A stretch of 58,441 nt of DNA, counting the filler, from an uncultured bacterium (GTDB lineage: Bacteria > CAZSTA01), in assembly GCA_964609495.1 (NCBI GenBank). It is 2 parts of 2 records of this genome, joined end to end, with 100 filler letters (N's around TTAATTAATTAA, not from the genome) between each part and the next. Parts side by side here need not be neighbours in the genome. Positions count along the whole stretch, not along the records: positions 1 to 29,270 come from CAZSTA010000022.1; 1 more part is not named here. One strand, given 5' to 3'. Below, one piece after another: positions 1-10,329 of this stretch; within the stretch, counting starts at the first letter, position 1, and every line of letters begins with the position of its first letter. The translations under genes were made by a program, and so were the position numbers. The notes below the pieces were generated by a model, which made no database searches, was not told the DNA's origin, and saw only the letters and a list, made by a program, of their open reading frames with translations.

Positions 1-60
1 CCTCTCCCCTCGTGGGAGAGGGATAGGGTGAGGGGGGGATTATATCTTGAACCCACTAGT
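1..60. repeat. REP/BIME-like GC-rich palindromic element, copy 1 (cut by window edge)
   Basis: CCTCTCCCCTCGTGGGAGAGGGATAGGGTGAGGGG nearly matches the right half of 43988-44093; its reverse complement also matches 16479-16530, including the CTAGTG..TCAAGATATA flank. Confidence 0.8.
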
Positions 61-171
61 GAAGAGCTAAGAATAGGAAGTTATTATTTGAAACTACTTA
101 GTTAATAGATAATAGGCGATTTCCTTTTCCAACTTCTATCTTCTAAACCCCAGGAATTGGAGAGGGGAAAA

Positions 172-1194
172 ATGAAGGCTGCGATGTTCAAAGGAATAGA
201 AGATATCGAGATCGTAGAGAGAGATATCCCTAGGATTGGAAGCGATGAGCTTCTGATCAGGGTCAGAGCTTGTGGGATATGCGGCTCTGATATTCATACC
301 TATCTCGGAGAGACTACTTATGCTCGTATCCCGGTGATCTTAGGACATGAGTTCTCAGGAGAGGTGGTGGAGATCGGCGAGGGGGTAGAGAACTTCAAGA
401 TCGGCGATCGAATTACTATCGAACCGAATGTGGAGTGTGGTGAATGCCACTTCTGTCGAAAGGGGAAGATTCGCCTTTGCCCTAACAACGACCCCTATGG
501 AGTTAGGAGAGATGGAGGTTTCGCGGAGTATTGCGCGGTTCGGGCGGACCGCGCTTATCATATCCCTGACGATCTATCCTATGAGGAAGCTGCCTTCAGC
601 GAGCCAATTTCAGCTATCGTTCATGGGATCGAACTAGCAGATATCGCTCCAGCAGACTCGGTAGCGGTGATCGGAGGAGGTCCCGCTGGATTTGGATATA
701 TCCAGTTGGCGAAGGCGGTCGGAGCATCCCCCGTTATCCTGATAACTAGGAGCCACTGGAAATATGATCTGGCTCGGAGTCTAGGAGCTGATTTCGTGAT
801 AGATCCCTCACGAGGTGAGGTAAAAGAGCAGATTTTACAGATCACAAATGGCTTAGGGGTAGAGGTCGCTATAGAGGCGGTGGGTTCAGGAGAGACGGTT
901 CGTCAGGCTGTGGATATCACCAGTGATGGAGGGAAGATCATCATTTACGGCGTAGCTGATGAAAGGGATGAGGTAAAGTTGAGTCCCTTTGAGATTCTCA
1001 CCAGAGAGCTTACTATTGCTGGCTCTTGGTTAACCCCTTTCTGTTTCGAGAGGGGTATTTCCCTTCTATCCCAGAGGACTATTAAGGTCGCTCCCTTAAT
1101 CACTCACCGCTATCCTCTCGATGAGATCGAAGAGGGCTTTAGGACCGCCATCTCCAAGCCAGTTGGTTTCCTAAAGGCAATAGTTACGATTTGA
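172..1194 (+). CDS. Zn-dependent alcohol/polyol dehydrogenase (MDR family, sorbitol/threonine dehydrogenase-like)
   Basis: CGICGSD, GHEFSG, structural Zn CGECHFC..C and Rossmann GGGPAG motifs; start moved to ATG 172 behind GGAGAGGGG. Confidence 0.9.
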   Translation: MKAAMFKGIEDIEIVERDIPRIGSDELLIRVRACGICGSDIHTYLGETTYARIPVILGHEFSGEVVEIGEGVENFKIGDRITIEPNVECGECHFCRKGKIRLCPNNDPYGVRRDGGFAEYCAVRADRAYHIPDDLSYEEAAFSEPISAIVHGIELADIAPADSVAVIGGGPAGFGYIQLAKAVGASPVILITRSHWKYDLARSLGADFVIDPSRGEVKEQILQITNGLGVEVAIEAVGSGETVRQAVDITSDGGKIIIYGVADERDEVKLSPFEILTRELTIAGSWLTPFCFERGISLLSQRTIKVAPLITHRYPLDEIEEGFRTAISKPVGFLKAIVTI

Positions 1195-1266
1195 AGTTGT
1201 CATTATATATTGTTCAAATTTTAAGAAGACATTAAGTCCATTAATGAAGATCTAGGAGGGAATGTT

Positions 1267-1980
1267 GTGCCGAAGGTGTTAATTGTCGATGACGACCCAG
1301 GCTTACTTAGGATTATTAAGTTCAGTCTGGAGGACGTCGGTTTTGAGGTGGATACGGCTGTTAATGGAAAGGAAGCATTATTGAAGGTTGATAACTCCGC
1401 TCCCGATATAATGATCTTGGATGTTATGATGCCAGAGATAGACGGCTTTGCGGTCTGCCAGAGGATTAAGAACGACCCTGCTACCAGTCATATTGGTGTT
1501 ATTATGCTGACTGCTAGGAGGACCACTGAGGATAAGATAATAGGGTTTGATTCTGGTGCTGATGATTATGTAACTAAGCCTTTCGTTCTTTCGGAGTTGG
1601 TTGCCAGGGTAAAAGCTCAATGGCGGATCAAGGAGTTACAGAAGCGATTGATCGATGCGGAAAAGAGGAATCTGCTTGCTCAATTAATCATCACCTTGAG
1701 TCATAGTATAAACAATCCTCTAACCGTCATCTTTTGGTATTTAGAAGAGTTGCTGAAATCGTTTAAAAATAACAAGATCCCTGAGAATGTGGTCTCTTCT
1801 CTAGAACTGATCTTAGAGCATGCCAATAAAATTAAAGAGATTACGGACAAACTTCGCAAGATAGAGGAACCAGTGCTTAGAAATTATTGGAGAGAGGAGA
1901 AGATGATAGATCTTGACGAATCGATTCGAAGAGCCCAGTCCGATATCGAATTCCTTGAGGAGTTGGAAGATAAAAAATGA
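1267..1980 (+). CDS. Response regulator: receiver domain plus HisKA-like helix, no HATPase domain
   Basis: LIVDDD, DVMMP, MLTA and KPF receiver motifs; LSHSINNPL H-box; SD AGGAGG. Confidence 0.85.
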   Translation: MPKVLIVDDDPGLLRIIKFSLEDVGFEVDTAVNGKEALLKVDNSAPDIMILDVMMPEIDGFAVCQRIKNDPATSHIGVIMLTARRTTEDKIIGFDSGADDYVTKPFVLSELVARVKAQWRIKELQKRLIDAEKRNLLAQLIITLSHSINNPLTVIFWYLEELLKSFKNNKIPENVVSSLELILEHANKIKEITDKLRKIEEPVLRNYWREEKMIDLDESIRRAQSDIEFLEELEDKK

Positions 1981-2041
1981 GGTTCGATCGCGTCCAATTT
2001 TCGCTAAGAGTCTATTTCCATCCTATAAGGAGGTAGAGGAG

Positions 2042-3895
2042 ATGAAAATAAAGGGTTATATGATTATATCTTTGCTTATAGTAGTTTTCTTCCTTGTTCT
2101 TGAAGAGGATGTATCCGCCAACGGACAACTGGAATTTGAGTTAGCTATGTCTATCTATCCTCGGCAGGGATTAGCAAGCGAGATCGAGAAATTGGAGAGC
2201 GAGATCGAAGAAAGGGTCGGAACTTGCGAAGATTATTTCGAGTTGGGGAAGTTATATCTTCAGAACCTGGACTTCGAGAAGGCGGAAGCTTCTTTTGATG
2301 AGGTCCTGCGTCTAGATCCCGAATCGATGGACTATCGGGAGGAAATAGCCCGGTTTTATATCGAGAAGATGATGTTCTCCAAGGCAGTAGAGATCTATCT
2401 AGAGCTTGGGGAAATAGACCCTTCCGCTAAAGGTAAATACTATACTGAGATCGCCAAGATATATGAGAATCGTCGCAACTTCGATAGAGCTTTGGAATAT
2501 TGGCAGAAGGTTGTGGAGAGCGAGGAGAGCAATCCGAAACTACATATTCAATTAGCCGAGGAATATATCAGAAATGAGAGATATGAGGAAGCTCAAGCGG
2601 AATATAGACGAGCTATAGAGCTAGCACCTGACAATTACGATTATAGGCTGAAGCTAGCTAAATTCTATGAGACGCACAAACGTTATGAAGAAGCTATATC
2701 CCAGTATGAGGCGATATTAAGCAGGGATAAATTTAATGAGGATGGACTGCGGAATTTGTTCAACTTATTAGTAAATTTAGCCGAGCTGGAGGAGATATTT
2801 TCTGAATTGAAGCAGAAGGTGGCAGGTGATCCCGCTGATTCCCCATCGCTCCTCAGACTAGCTCAGATTTATGAGTATAAAGGAGAGCACCTGAAAGCCT
2901 CGATCGAGTATAAAAATTGGGCGAAGGTCGATCCTGAAGGGGGGTCGAGATGGCTCGAGGTAGGAGATATCTTTATTCGCCTTCGTATGTTCGCAGAAGC
3001 CAGTCGAGTATTTATGAAGGTGCTGTTGGAGTATCCCGATCGATGGGATGAAAGAGCGCTTTTTGGCTTGAACGAATCTTATCTCTATCAATTCACTCCT
3101 CTTGATACCGTCCTCGCGGAAGGAGATCTGCTCCCTGGCTTTATGGATGAGAACTCAGAGCCGGATCTTCTAGGAGGAGCAGTTTCGGTTCTCTTCTCGA
3201 ATCTTCAAGATCCCCTTCAAGATTTTGGAGTGATGAGAAATCGCTACTTTAACCAAGCCTTGGGGATAGAAGGAATGAAGAGGTTTATAGCCGAATATCC
3301 TGAGAGCGATTTAGGGGATGACGCTTACTTAAAGATCGCCACCGCCTATTATGAGATGAGGCGTTTCTCAGAGGCTATAGCGGAATATAGGATTTTGTTA
3401 GAGGAATATCCTCATCCGAAATTCGATGATCTAAGTCTATTAGGGGTTAAGAGGGGTAATTACTCCTCAGTTTCAACTGAGGATATGGACCCTGCTGGAT
3501 TGGTGCTTATGCGGATCGCCGATTGTTATGAACAGATGAAGAGATATAGAGAAGCGATCGCCACTTACAGGACTATCCTTGAGAGATTCTCGACTGACGA
3601 AACACAACGAAAGTTAAGAAGGGAAGCTTTGGATAGCATAATAGATATATATACTCGCCAAAAGAGGTATCAAGAGGCGGTAAGTGAGTATAAGGAGGAG
3701 ATAAGAAGGGATAGAAGCCCAGAGTTATATAAAAAGTTGGGGAATTATGTTAAATCTAATTTGGGATACTTCGCCGCGATCGAAGTTTATGAGGAGGCTC
3801 AAGCGGAATTCTCCGAGTCACTAGATTTTGTTCGAAGCTTGGGCTGGTTGTATATATATAATAATTATGATCAGAAAGCGGTAGATCTATATTAG
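2042..3895 (+). CDS. Secreted TPR protein, N-terminal part (ends at an in-frame TAG; probably one gene with 3896-8560)
   Basis: ATG 2042 behind AGGAGG/GAGGAG; signal peptide MKIKGYMIISLLIVVFF..VSA; many TPRs and a BamD-like FIAEYPESDLGDDAY motif. Confidence 0.8.
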   Translation: MKIKGYMIISLLIVVFFLVLEEDVSANGQLEFELAMSIYPRQGLASEIEKLESEIEERVGTCEDYFELGKLYLQNLDFEKAEASFDEVLRLDPESMDYREEIARFYIEKMMFSKAVEIYLELGEIDPSAKGKYYTEIAKIYENRRNFDRALEYWQKVVESEESNPKLHIQLAEEYIRNERYEEAQAEYRRAIELAPDNYDYRLKLAKFYETHKRYEEAISQYEAILSRDKFNEDGLRNLFNLLVNLAELEEIFSELKQKVAGDPADSPSLLRLAQIYEYKGEHLKASIEYKNWAKVDPEGGSRWLEVGDIFIRLRMFAEASRVFMKVLLEYPDRWDERALFGLNESYLYQFTPLDTVLAEGDLLPGFMDENSEPDLLGGAVSVLFSNLQDPLQDFGVMRNRYFNQALGIEGMKRFIAEYPESDLGDDAYLKIATAYYEMRRFSEAIAEYRILLEEYPHPKFDDLSLLGVKRGNYSSVSTEDMDPAGLVLMRIADCYEQMKRYREAIATYRTILERFSTDETQRKLRREALDSIIDIYTRQKRYQEAVSEYKEEIRRDRSPELYKKLGNYVKSNLGYFAAIEVYEEAQAEFSESLDFVRSLGWLYIYNNYDQKAVDLY

Positions 3896-6800
3896 AGGTA
3901 TCAATTCCTGGATAAGGAGATACAGCAAAGGCTCTTTGAGACTTACAGTAAATATATGATGCTCCCTATGATCTTAAAAGAAGTTCAACGAGAGCTTCTA
4001 ACTGATCCCGATAACCCCCAATTGAACAAGATCGAGGGAGATATATATATCTGGGAATCTCGCTTCGAGGAGGCTGTCCCTCTCTACGAGAAGTTGGTTG
4101 AGCTCATACCCTATCGAGAGGAATTTAGGATCACCTTGGCTAAGCTCTATCGTTCTTTCGGGGATTATAGATCTGCGGCGGAACAATACGCTAAACTGAC
4201 TATGATCGATCCTTATAACAAGAATTATCGGATCACCCGAGGGGATATCTTGGCTCAAGGGGAGGTGGGGGATGAAGAGGAGAGGATCTCTCCCCCTGAG
4301 GAGGCGAAGGAGGCTTGGGAATCGATAATCGAGACCGATCCCAATGATCTATCTTTGTATAAGGAACTAGCGGCTATCTACTGGGATTATTATATGTTCG
4401 ATGAGGCGATTCAATCTATCTTGCGTGCTAGAGAAGTGTCCAGGAATGAAAACCTCTTCGCAGGTGAGCTGGCCGCTTTATACGAGTTGAAAGGTGCTTA
4501 TACGCAAGCTATTGACGAATATATCAGGATTTTGGAGACCGGTCAGGAACCAGAGAGTGGGCATTATTACGAGGAATATACTCCCACGGAGAGGAAATTG
4601 TTGTATCTCATAGATGAAGAGGAGATGTTTCCGCTGATCGAAGAGAGATTCGAGAAGGCGATCGCCTCTCGTCCTACCTCGGGAAAGTTATATTTAGAGC
4701 TTGCTAGGTTGTATCTATATCTGGAGAAAAGCGATAAGGCGTTATCGACTTATCAGAGAGGCTCGGAAGCGATCGAGGATATAGACTTCCACCTGAACTT
4801 AGCCGATATCTATGGTGGTTATAGACGCTTCGATCTTCAGGAGAGGGAGCTCCTTTATGTAGTTGAAAAGCGTCCTAAGGATATCACCTATCTAGGGCTT
4901 CTCGCGGGCTTCTATATGAACAGGGAAAGATATGATAAGGCTTCCGAGATCTGTCGAAGGATGGTGGAGATAGAACCGGCGGAGGAATCGCATAGAGCCT
5001 CCTTAGCAAAAGCTTTATTGGAACTTGAAGAATTTGAAGAGGCGGAGGAGATATATCTAGCGCTTGTAGAAGCTGATCCGACCAACATATCATATTACAC
5101 TCAATTAGCGATCGCCTACTATAGGCAGGGAAGGGGAGAAGAGGGGATCGAGATATATAATAGGGGGATAAAGCGGCTCTCCCAAGATGAGAGCCTGAAG
5201 AACGCGATGAATACTCTCAAAGTGAGGCAGATCTATCTCTATTCTGCCTTGGGGATGTATATCGATGGGTTAGCGGCTTATGAGCGGATGATCAATAAAG
5301 AGCCTCTGGTAGAATGGATACTCGATTCCGCTTATCGCTTAGCTAAGGAACATAATCTTCTTGATAAGTTGATCAGCTATTATCAAGAGGTCTCAGCGGA
5401 AGCTCATCGTAACTATCGCTGGAATGTGGTTCTATATCGAATCTTTATGAAGGAGAATCGCTATCAGGAGGCGCTTCTGCAACTCGAAAAGGCGGTCGGG
5501 CTGGAGCCAAGCTTGGTATGGTTGAGGCAGGAGTTAGCTGAGCAATATCGCCGATTGGGGAAGTATCAGAAAGCGGTTGAGCAGTATGAGGAGATAATCT
5601 TTCTGGGAGGAGAACCATGGAGTTGGTATGAGGCTATCGGCTATACCTATGCTGAGGCGGGAGATTTGGAGAACGCCAAAGTTTGGTGGGCGAAGCTGGC
5701 GGAGAGAAGTCCGAATGAGCCTTACACTCATTCTAAACTCGCAAGCCTCTACGAGAGATATAGGCTATTCGATGATGCTATCGCTGGGTATGAGAAGGCG
5801 GCTAAATTGGCAGAGGCTAGGAAAAACTATTCTCTAGGTTTTTATGAATCGATCGGGCGAGTATATGAAGCTCAAAGGGATTATATGAAAGCGATCGATA
5901 TATATATTTCCCTCTATGGTCGTTCGAGCAGTAGCTATTCTCGAGAACGATATTTGGAGATGATCTTCGATGTCTATGAGAAATTGGATAATCTTAACTC
6001 GGTAATTGAGGGCTATCAGAAAAACTTGCCAGCTAATTTGAGTAACGTCGCCTATCTCAAGCTATTTGCTAGAATCTGTCTGCTTCAAAATAACTATGAG
6101 AAGGCTCTGGAACTTTATAAACGCGCGCTAGAGATCGCCTCTTCGGATAAGGCTGATCCATATTCCGCTATAGCTGATATATACCTGCCTCGAAAGATGT
6201 ATAAAGAAGCGATAGAGATTTATAATAAGTTACTTCTGCTTAACCCGGCAGAGGGAGGATATTATGGACATATAGGGGAATGCTATTTCGAGTTGGGAGA
6301 TGAAACCGAAGCTTGCCTCTATTGGCAATCGATCCCAGATTTAGGAGAGAGGGATCCAATGAGGTATGGACAATTAGGGGAGATCTATTTCAGAGAGGGT
6401 ATGTATCGAGAGGCGAAGGAGCAATTGAGTAAAGCTCTATTCTTAGCTGAATCTTATCAGAAGGGGACCTATTACGAGCAGTTAGGCGAGATCTATTTCG
6501 CTGAAGGGGATAAAGATAAAGCCGTTGAGACTTGGAGGAAGATCGTCGAAGCCAATCCGGAGGATGCTCAGCTCTATTTCCGCTTAGCAGATGTATTCCG
6601 AGATCATAAGCTTTATCTCCCAGCAGTTTCCGCTTTAGAGGAAGTGCTTCTGCTCTATCGAGGAAAAGAATATCATTATAGATGGAGAGATGCTGATGAG
6701 GAGATAGATAACATCTACGAAGAGGCTAAGAGGTTCGATCTGCTCATCGCTAAGTATAAAGAGCGAATAGCGAATCCTATCACTGAAGATGAGTATAGAG

Positions 6801-8560
6801 ACTATCTTAACTATCTGAATTTGCTCTCAGCTTATAATAAGAATGGCGATTATCAGAGCGCGATAACTACAGCTAAAGAAGCCTTGACTATCTTGGAGAA
6901 GGAGATATCCGAAAGCGAACTTCTCGTAAGAGAGGTGATCCAAACAGATGGCAAAAGGATCAAGCTCTTATCAGAATTAGCTAAGGCTTATAAGGAAAGC
7001 AGGGATTATGAAAAAGCTATAGATACTTATGAACTCCTGCTTGATCTCGATCCTCAAAATAATTTTCATTATGTAAACTTAGGGGAGATATACTTCGCCC
7101 AAGGCGATAAGGAGAAGGCTCTAGCAATCTGGAGGAAGATGGTGGAGGTTAATCCAAATCAATCCTCTACCTATCAACAGTTAGCGGAGACTCTAGATAA
7201 ATATGAGTTCTATGGAGAAGCGGAGGAATCCTGGCGAAAGGCGATCATCTTAGATCCTAATATTATGCTTTATCGCTATAATCTGGCGGAAACGCTCTTC
7301 CTCGAGAGGAATTATCAGTCTGCTATCGCCATTTATCTTGAGCTACTTTATATATCGGACGATCTTGAGATTAGGAAGAAAGCCGAGGAAGGTCTATTCA
7401 AGGCTTATGTAGAGGGGAATCTATTAGATTCTGCTATCGCTGAATTCTCCGAGAGAGTTCAACACCTTCCGGAATTAGTTGAGCCTCGGTTGGCTCTAGG
7501 ATTGGCATATCAGCTCAAAGGAGAGTTCGATCGGGCGCTGGCTGTTTATCAAGAGGCTCAAGGAGTCGATCCATATAATTTAGAGGGGCATTTCCAGTTA
7601 GCGGTTATTTATCGGATAAAGGGCGATAGCTATGAGGCAGATAGGGAACTCGAACGACTATTTATGTTGAATCCCGAGAGGTATGAGGATTTCGAGAGGA
7701 GATATAAGAAGAGATTGGCGGAGCTAGGGATAACCTATAAGCCTTATGAAATGCCTGAGCCTAAGCTTTTGATCGCTCTTCGCAGTTATGCGCCTGCTTG
7801 GTCGCCTGATGGGAAGAGGATAGCTTTCCACTCCGCTCTGGTAGAGGGAGAAAATTCCGATATCTGGGTATATGATCTGGAGACTGGACGCTCTACTCAA
7901 TTGACGAATACACCTGGGAGTGATCGCTTCGCTAGTTGGTCCCCTGATGGAGAATGGGTGACCTTCCAGACTCAGGATGAGAGTGGCAAATGGGGGATTT
8001 GGAAGGTCCGGACTGATGCGGGCTCTCTAAGTAAGATCATCGCTGATGAGAAGTTCAGTTATCACGACCCTGCTTGGTCTAAAGTGGGAAACTGGATAGC
8101 TTTCTACTCCAATATAAGAGGCAATTACGATATCTGGATGGTGAATCCCGAGGGAAGAATGCTTACTCAGTTGACTCAGGAGAGCTTCTCCGATCGCAGT
8201 CCTTCCTGGTCATCTGAGGGAAAAAAGATCGCTTTTCAATCGAATCGGGATGGAACCAATGAGATCTGGGTTTTGGATGTGGAGAGCGGCGCGTTCGAGC
8301 AGATCACCGATAACGATCGTAATAATGATATGCCTGCTTTCTCTCCCGATGGAGGTAAGATCGCCTTCTTCTCCAATGCGAGTGGAGATTGGGATATTTG
8401 GATGATAAATATTGATGGAACGGGAGCTAGACGCTTAACCGATGAGGCAGGGATCGATTTCAATCCTGTTTGGTCGCCTGATGGGAAGAGGATTGCTTTT
8501 GAATCGAATCGAGGGGGAAAGAATCAGATTTGGGTTATCGAGATAGCTGAAGATAGCTAA
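3896..8560 (+). CDS. TPR-repeat protein with C-terminal TolB-like PD40 beta-propeller (in-frame continuation of the upstream ORF)
   Basis: Same frame as 2042-3895 and open from 3896; no clear SD directly before ATG 3956; many TPRs, then repeated P(A/S/V)WSPDGK.IAF.S. Confidence 0.8.
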   Translation, partial: RYQFLDKEIQQRLFETYSKYMMLPMILKEVQRELLTDPDNPQLNKIEGDIYIWESRFEEAVPLYEKLVELIPYREEFRITLAKLYRSFGDYRSAAEQYAKLTMIDPYNKNYRITRGDILAQGEVGDEEERISPPEEAKEAWESIIETDPNDLSLYKELAAIYWDYYMFDEAIQSILRAREVSRNENLFAGELAALYELKGAYTQAIDEYIRILETGQEPESGHYYEEYTPTERKLLYLIDEEEMFPLIEERFEKAIASRPTSGKLYLELARLYLYLEKSDKALSTYQRGSEAIEDIDFHLNLADIYGGYRRFDLQERELLYVVEKRPKDITYLGLLAGFYMNRERYDKASEICRRMVEIEPAEESHRASLAKALLELEEFEEAEEIYLALVEADPTNISYYTQLAIAYYRQGRGEEGIEIYNRGIKRLSQDESLKNAMNTLKVRQIYLYSALGMYIDGLAAYERMINKEPLVEWILDSAYRLAKEHNLLDKLISYYQEVSAEAHRNYRWNVVLYRIFMKENRYQEALLQLEKAVGLEPSLVWLRQELAEQYRRLGKYQKAVEQYEEIIFLGGEPWSWYEAIGYTYAEAGDLENAKVWWAKLAERSPNEPYTHSKLASLYERYRLFDDAIAGYEKAAKLAEARKNYSLGFYESIGRVYEAQRDYMKAIDIYISLYGRSSSSYSRERYLEMIFDVYEKLDNLNSVIEGYQKNLPANLSNVAYLKLFARICLLQNNYEKALELYKRALEIASSDKADPYSAIADIYLPRKMYKEAIEIYNKLLLLNPAEGGYYGHIGECYFELGDETEACLYWQSIPDLGERDPMRYGQLGEIYFREGMYREAKEQLSKALFLAESYQKGTYYEQLGEIYFAEGDKDKAVETWRKIVEANPEDAQLYFRLADVFRDHKLYLPAVSALEEVLLLYRGKEYHYRWRDADEEIDNIYEEAKRFDLLIAKYKERIANPITEDEYRDYLNYLNLLSAYNKNGDYQSAITTAKEALTILEKEISESELLVREVIQTDGKRIKLLSELAKAYKESRDYEKAIDTYELLLDLDPQNNFHYVNLGEIYFAQGDKEKALAIWRKMVEVNPNQSSTYQQLAETLDKYEFYGEAEESWRKAIILDPNIMLYRYNLAETLFLERNYQSAIAIYLELLYISDDLEIRKKAEEGLFKAYVEGNLLDSAIAEFSERVQHLPELVEPRLALGLAYQLKGEFDRALAVYQEAQGVDPYNLEGHFQLAVIYRIKGDSYEADRELERLFMLNPERYEDFERRYKKRLAELGITYKPYEMPEPKLLIALRSYAPAWSPDGKRIAFHSALVEGENSDIWVYDLETGRSTQLTNTPGSDRFASWSPDGEWVTFQTQDESGKWGIWKVRTDAGSLSKIIADEKFSYHDPAWSKVGNWIAFYSNIRGNYDIWMVNPEGRMLTQLTQESFSDRSPSWSSEGKKIAFQSNRDGTNEIWVLDVESGAFEQITDNDRNNDMPAFSPDGGKIAFFSNASGDWDIWMINIDGTGARRLTDEAGIDFNPVWSPDGKRIAFESNRGGKNQIWVIEIAEDS

Positions 8561-8618
8561 ACATATCTATTCTTCTTAGGTGAGTTTTTCAGAATCCTGA
8601 AAGGAAAGAAGGGAAATT

Positions 8619-10121
8619 ATGAAGAAGCCTGTAGTCGGAGTTGTAACCTTTACCGATTCTAGAGAAGTAGCCTTATCCACCGAAGCAGAGGAGTATAATC
8701 GAGATAATCATAATGAACTGGTGGGATTCTTGGAGAGAGAGGGAGTAAAAGTCATAGATTCTAATAAAGAGTTAGCGAATAGGGATCCTCGTTTCTTCGG
8801 ATTGAGGACCGAGACCGAGGTCGAGGCTTGCCTAGATCTCTTTAATAGGGAGAAGATCGAGGGGCTTATAATTGGGTGTTGGAAATGGGCTTTTCCCTAT
8901 CTATGTGTTCGCGTGGTTAAAGAGACCGATGTTCCCACTCTACTCTTCGCTAAAAGTGATATGGCTTGGACTGGGGCTACCTGTATTTCTGCTGTGGGAG
9001 CTTCACTTTGGGAGACTGTTCCCAACAGACACGCTCTGACTCATACTAGATTGCGAGATGATCTAAATAAGGTTGCCTCTTGGGTGAGGGGAGTCACTGC
9101 TCTGGAGAAGCTCAAGAAGAGCTCGCTCCTTCTGTGGGGAGGAAGCTACTGTCTGAAGATGGAGCATCTTCAGGATGATATCCCCAAGCTCAAATCGTTT
9201 TTAGTGGGAGATATATTGACCGAGGATCAATATCTCCTTGTAAAGAGGGCAGATCATATCTTGAAGGAGCGTCCTGAAAGGATAAACGAATTTATGAATT
9301 GGTTGAAGAATAACGGGTGTTCTATCGAGTATGATGATAAGATGCTCAACGAGAGTGTATTGAAGAGACAGATAGCTCTGTATCTGGCTAGTCGAGATCG
9401 TCTTGGGGAACTCGAGGAGGAGAAGATCATAGGGGTCTCTATAAAGTGCCAGCCTGCGCTCTCGGAAGAGTATGGAGTTACCGCTTGCACTCTACCAGCT
9501 TTCCTTCCCTTCTCGGAGGATAGCGAGGGGAAACAGGATATAATCTCCACCGTTTGTGAGGGTGATATCAAGGGATTAATAACTTCTGCTCTCCTCAATC
9601 AGATCGTCCCCGATATCCCTCCTCTATTCGGAGATCTCAAATCCGTAACCGAGGATTTCCTGACGATATCGAATTGCGGCGCCTCCTCAATCTATTATGC
9701 GGCTAATTCCTCAAAAGCTGAGGAGGTCCTTCCTAACGTATTTATTCGAGGTCAATGTCAGGGCAAGGCAGGTGGGGCAATAGGATATAGAGGAAGAGGA
9801 GGAAGGGTCACGGTAGCTAGGCTCACCAGGATAAAGGGAGAGTATCAGATGCAACTGGGGGTGGGGGAAGCTGTTCCTATAACGGATGAGATATTAGATA
9901 AGTTTATATGGGCTAAGATGTGGCCAATAGTAGCTGTCGATCTAGGAAGCGATCCAGAATTGTTTCTCAGTATCGCTGGAGCTAATCACTATTCGATAAT
10001 TCCAGGCGATCGTTCTTGGGAGGTCATCTATGCCTGTCGAGAGGCAGGGATCCCAATCCTGCGTATAGATTCAAATGAAGCTATGGAGAAAGCTTGGTAT
10101 GAGATAGGAGAGAGGATGTAA
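8619..10121 (+). CDS. L-fucose/L-arabinose isomerase family protein
   Basis: IKCQPALS, CEGDIKG, ISNCGA, VTVARLTR and GANHY motifs. Confidence 0.8.
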   Translation: MKKPVVGVVTFTDSREVALSTEAEEYNRDNHNELVGFLEREGVKVIDSNKELANRDPRFFGLRTETEVEACLDLFNREKIEGLIIGCWKWAFPYLCVRVVKETDVPTLLFAKSDMAWTGATCISAVGASLWETVPNRHALTHTRLRDDLNKVASWVRGVTALEKLKKSSLLLWGGSYCLKMEHLQDDIPKLKSFLVGDILTEDQYLLVKRADHILKERPERINEFMNWLKNNGCSIEYDDKMLNESVLKRQIALYLASRDRLGELEEEKIIGVSIKCQPALSEEYGVTACTLPAFLPFSEDSEGKQDIISTVCEGDIKGLITSALLNQIVPDIPPLFGDLKSVTEDFLTISNCGASSIYYAANSSKAEEVLPNVFIRGQCQGKAGGAIGYRGRGGRVTVARLTRIKGEYQMQLGVGEAVPITDEILDKFIWAKMWPIVAVDLGSDPELFLSIAGANHYSIIPGDRSWEVIYACREAGIPILRIDSNEAMEKAWYEIGERM

Positions 10122-10182
10122 TCTTTATCCTCTCTCTAATATCTCAGATAAAAACACCAAGAATCTTTATCTTGATGAGTTT

Positions 10183-10286
10183 CCCCCTCACCTTAACCCT
10201 CTCCCGCGAGGGGAGAGGGTTTCTTGAAAGATGAGACTGCTCTCTTTATTTCCCCCTCCCTCGATGGGAGGGGGCAGGGGAGGGTG
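10183..10286. repeat. REP/BIME-like two-hairpin element, copy 2
   Basis: CCCCTCACCTTAACCCTCTCCCGCGAGGGGAGAGGG-spacer-CCCCTCCCTCGATGGGAGGGGGCAGGGGAGGGTG. Confidence 0.85.
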
Positions 10287-10329
10287 ATTTATATGAGTTC
10301 AAGGTTTAAGGGGAAAGAGAGGAGTATCT

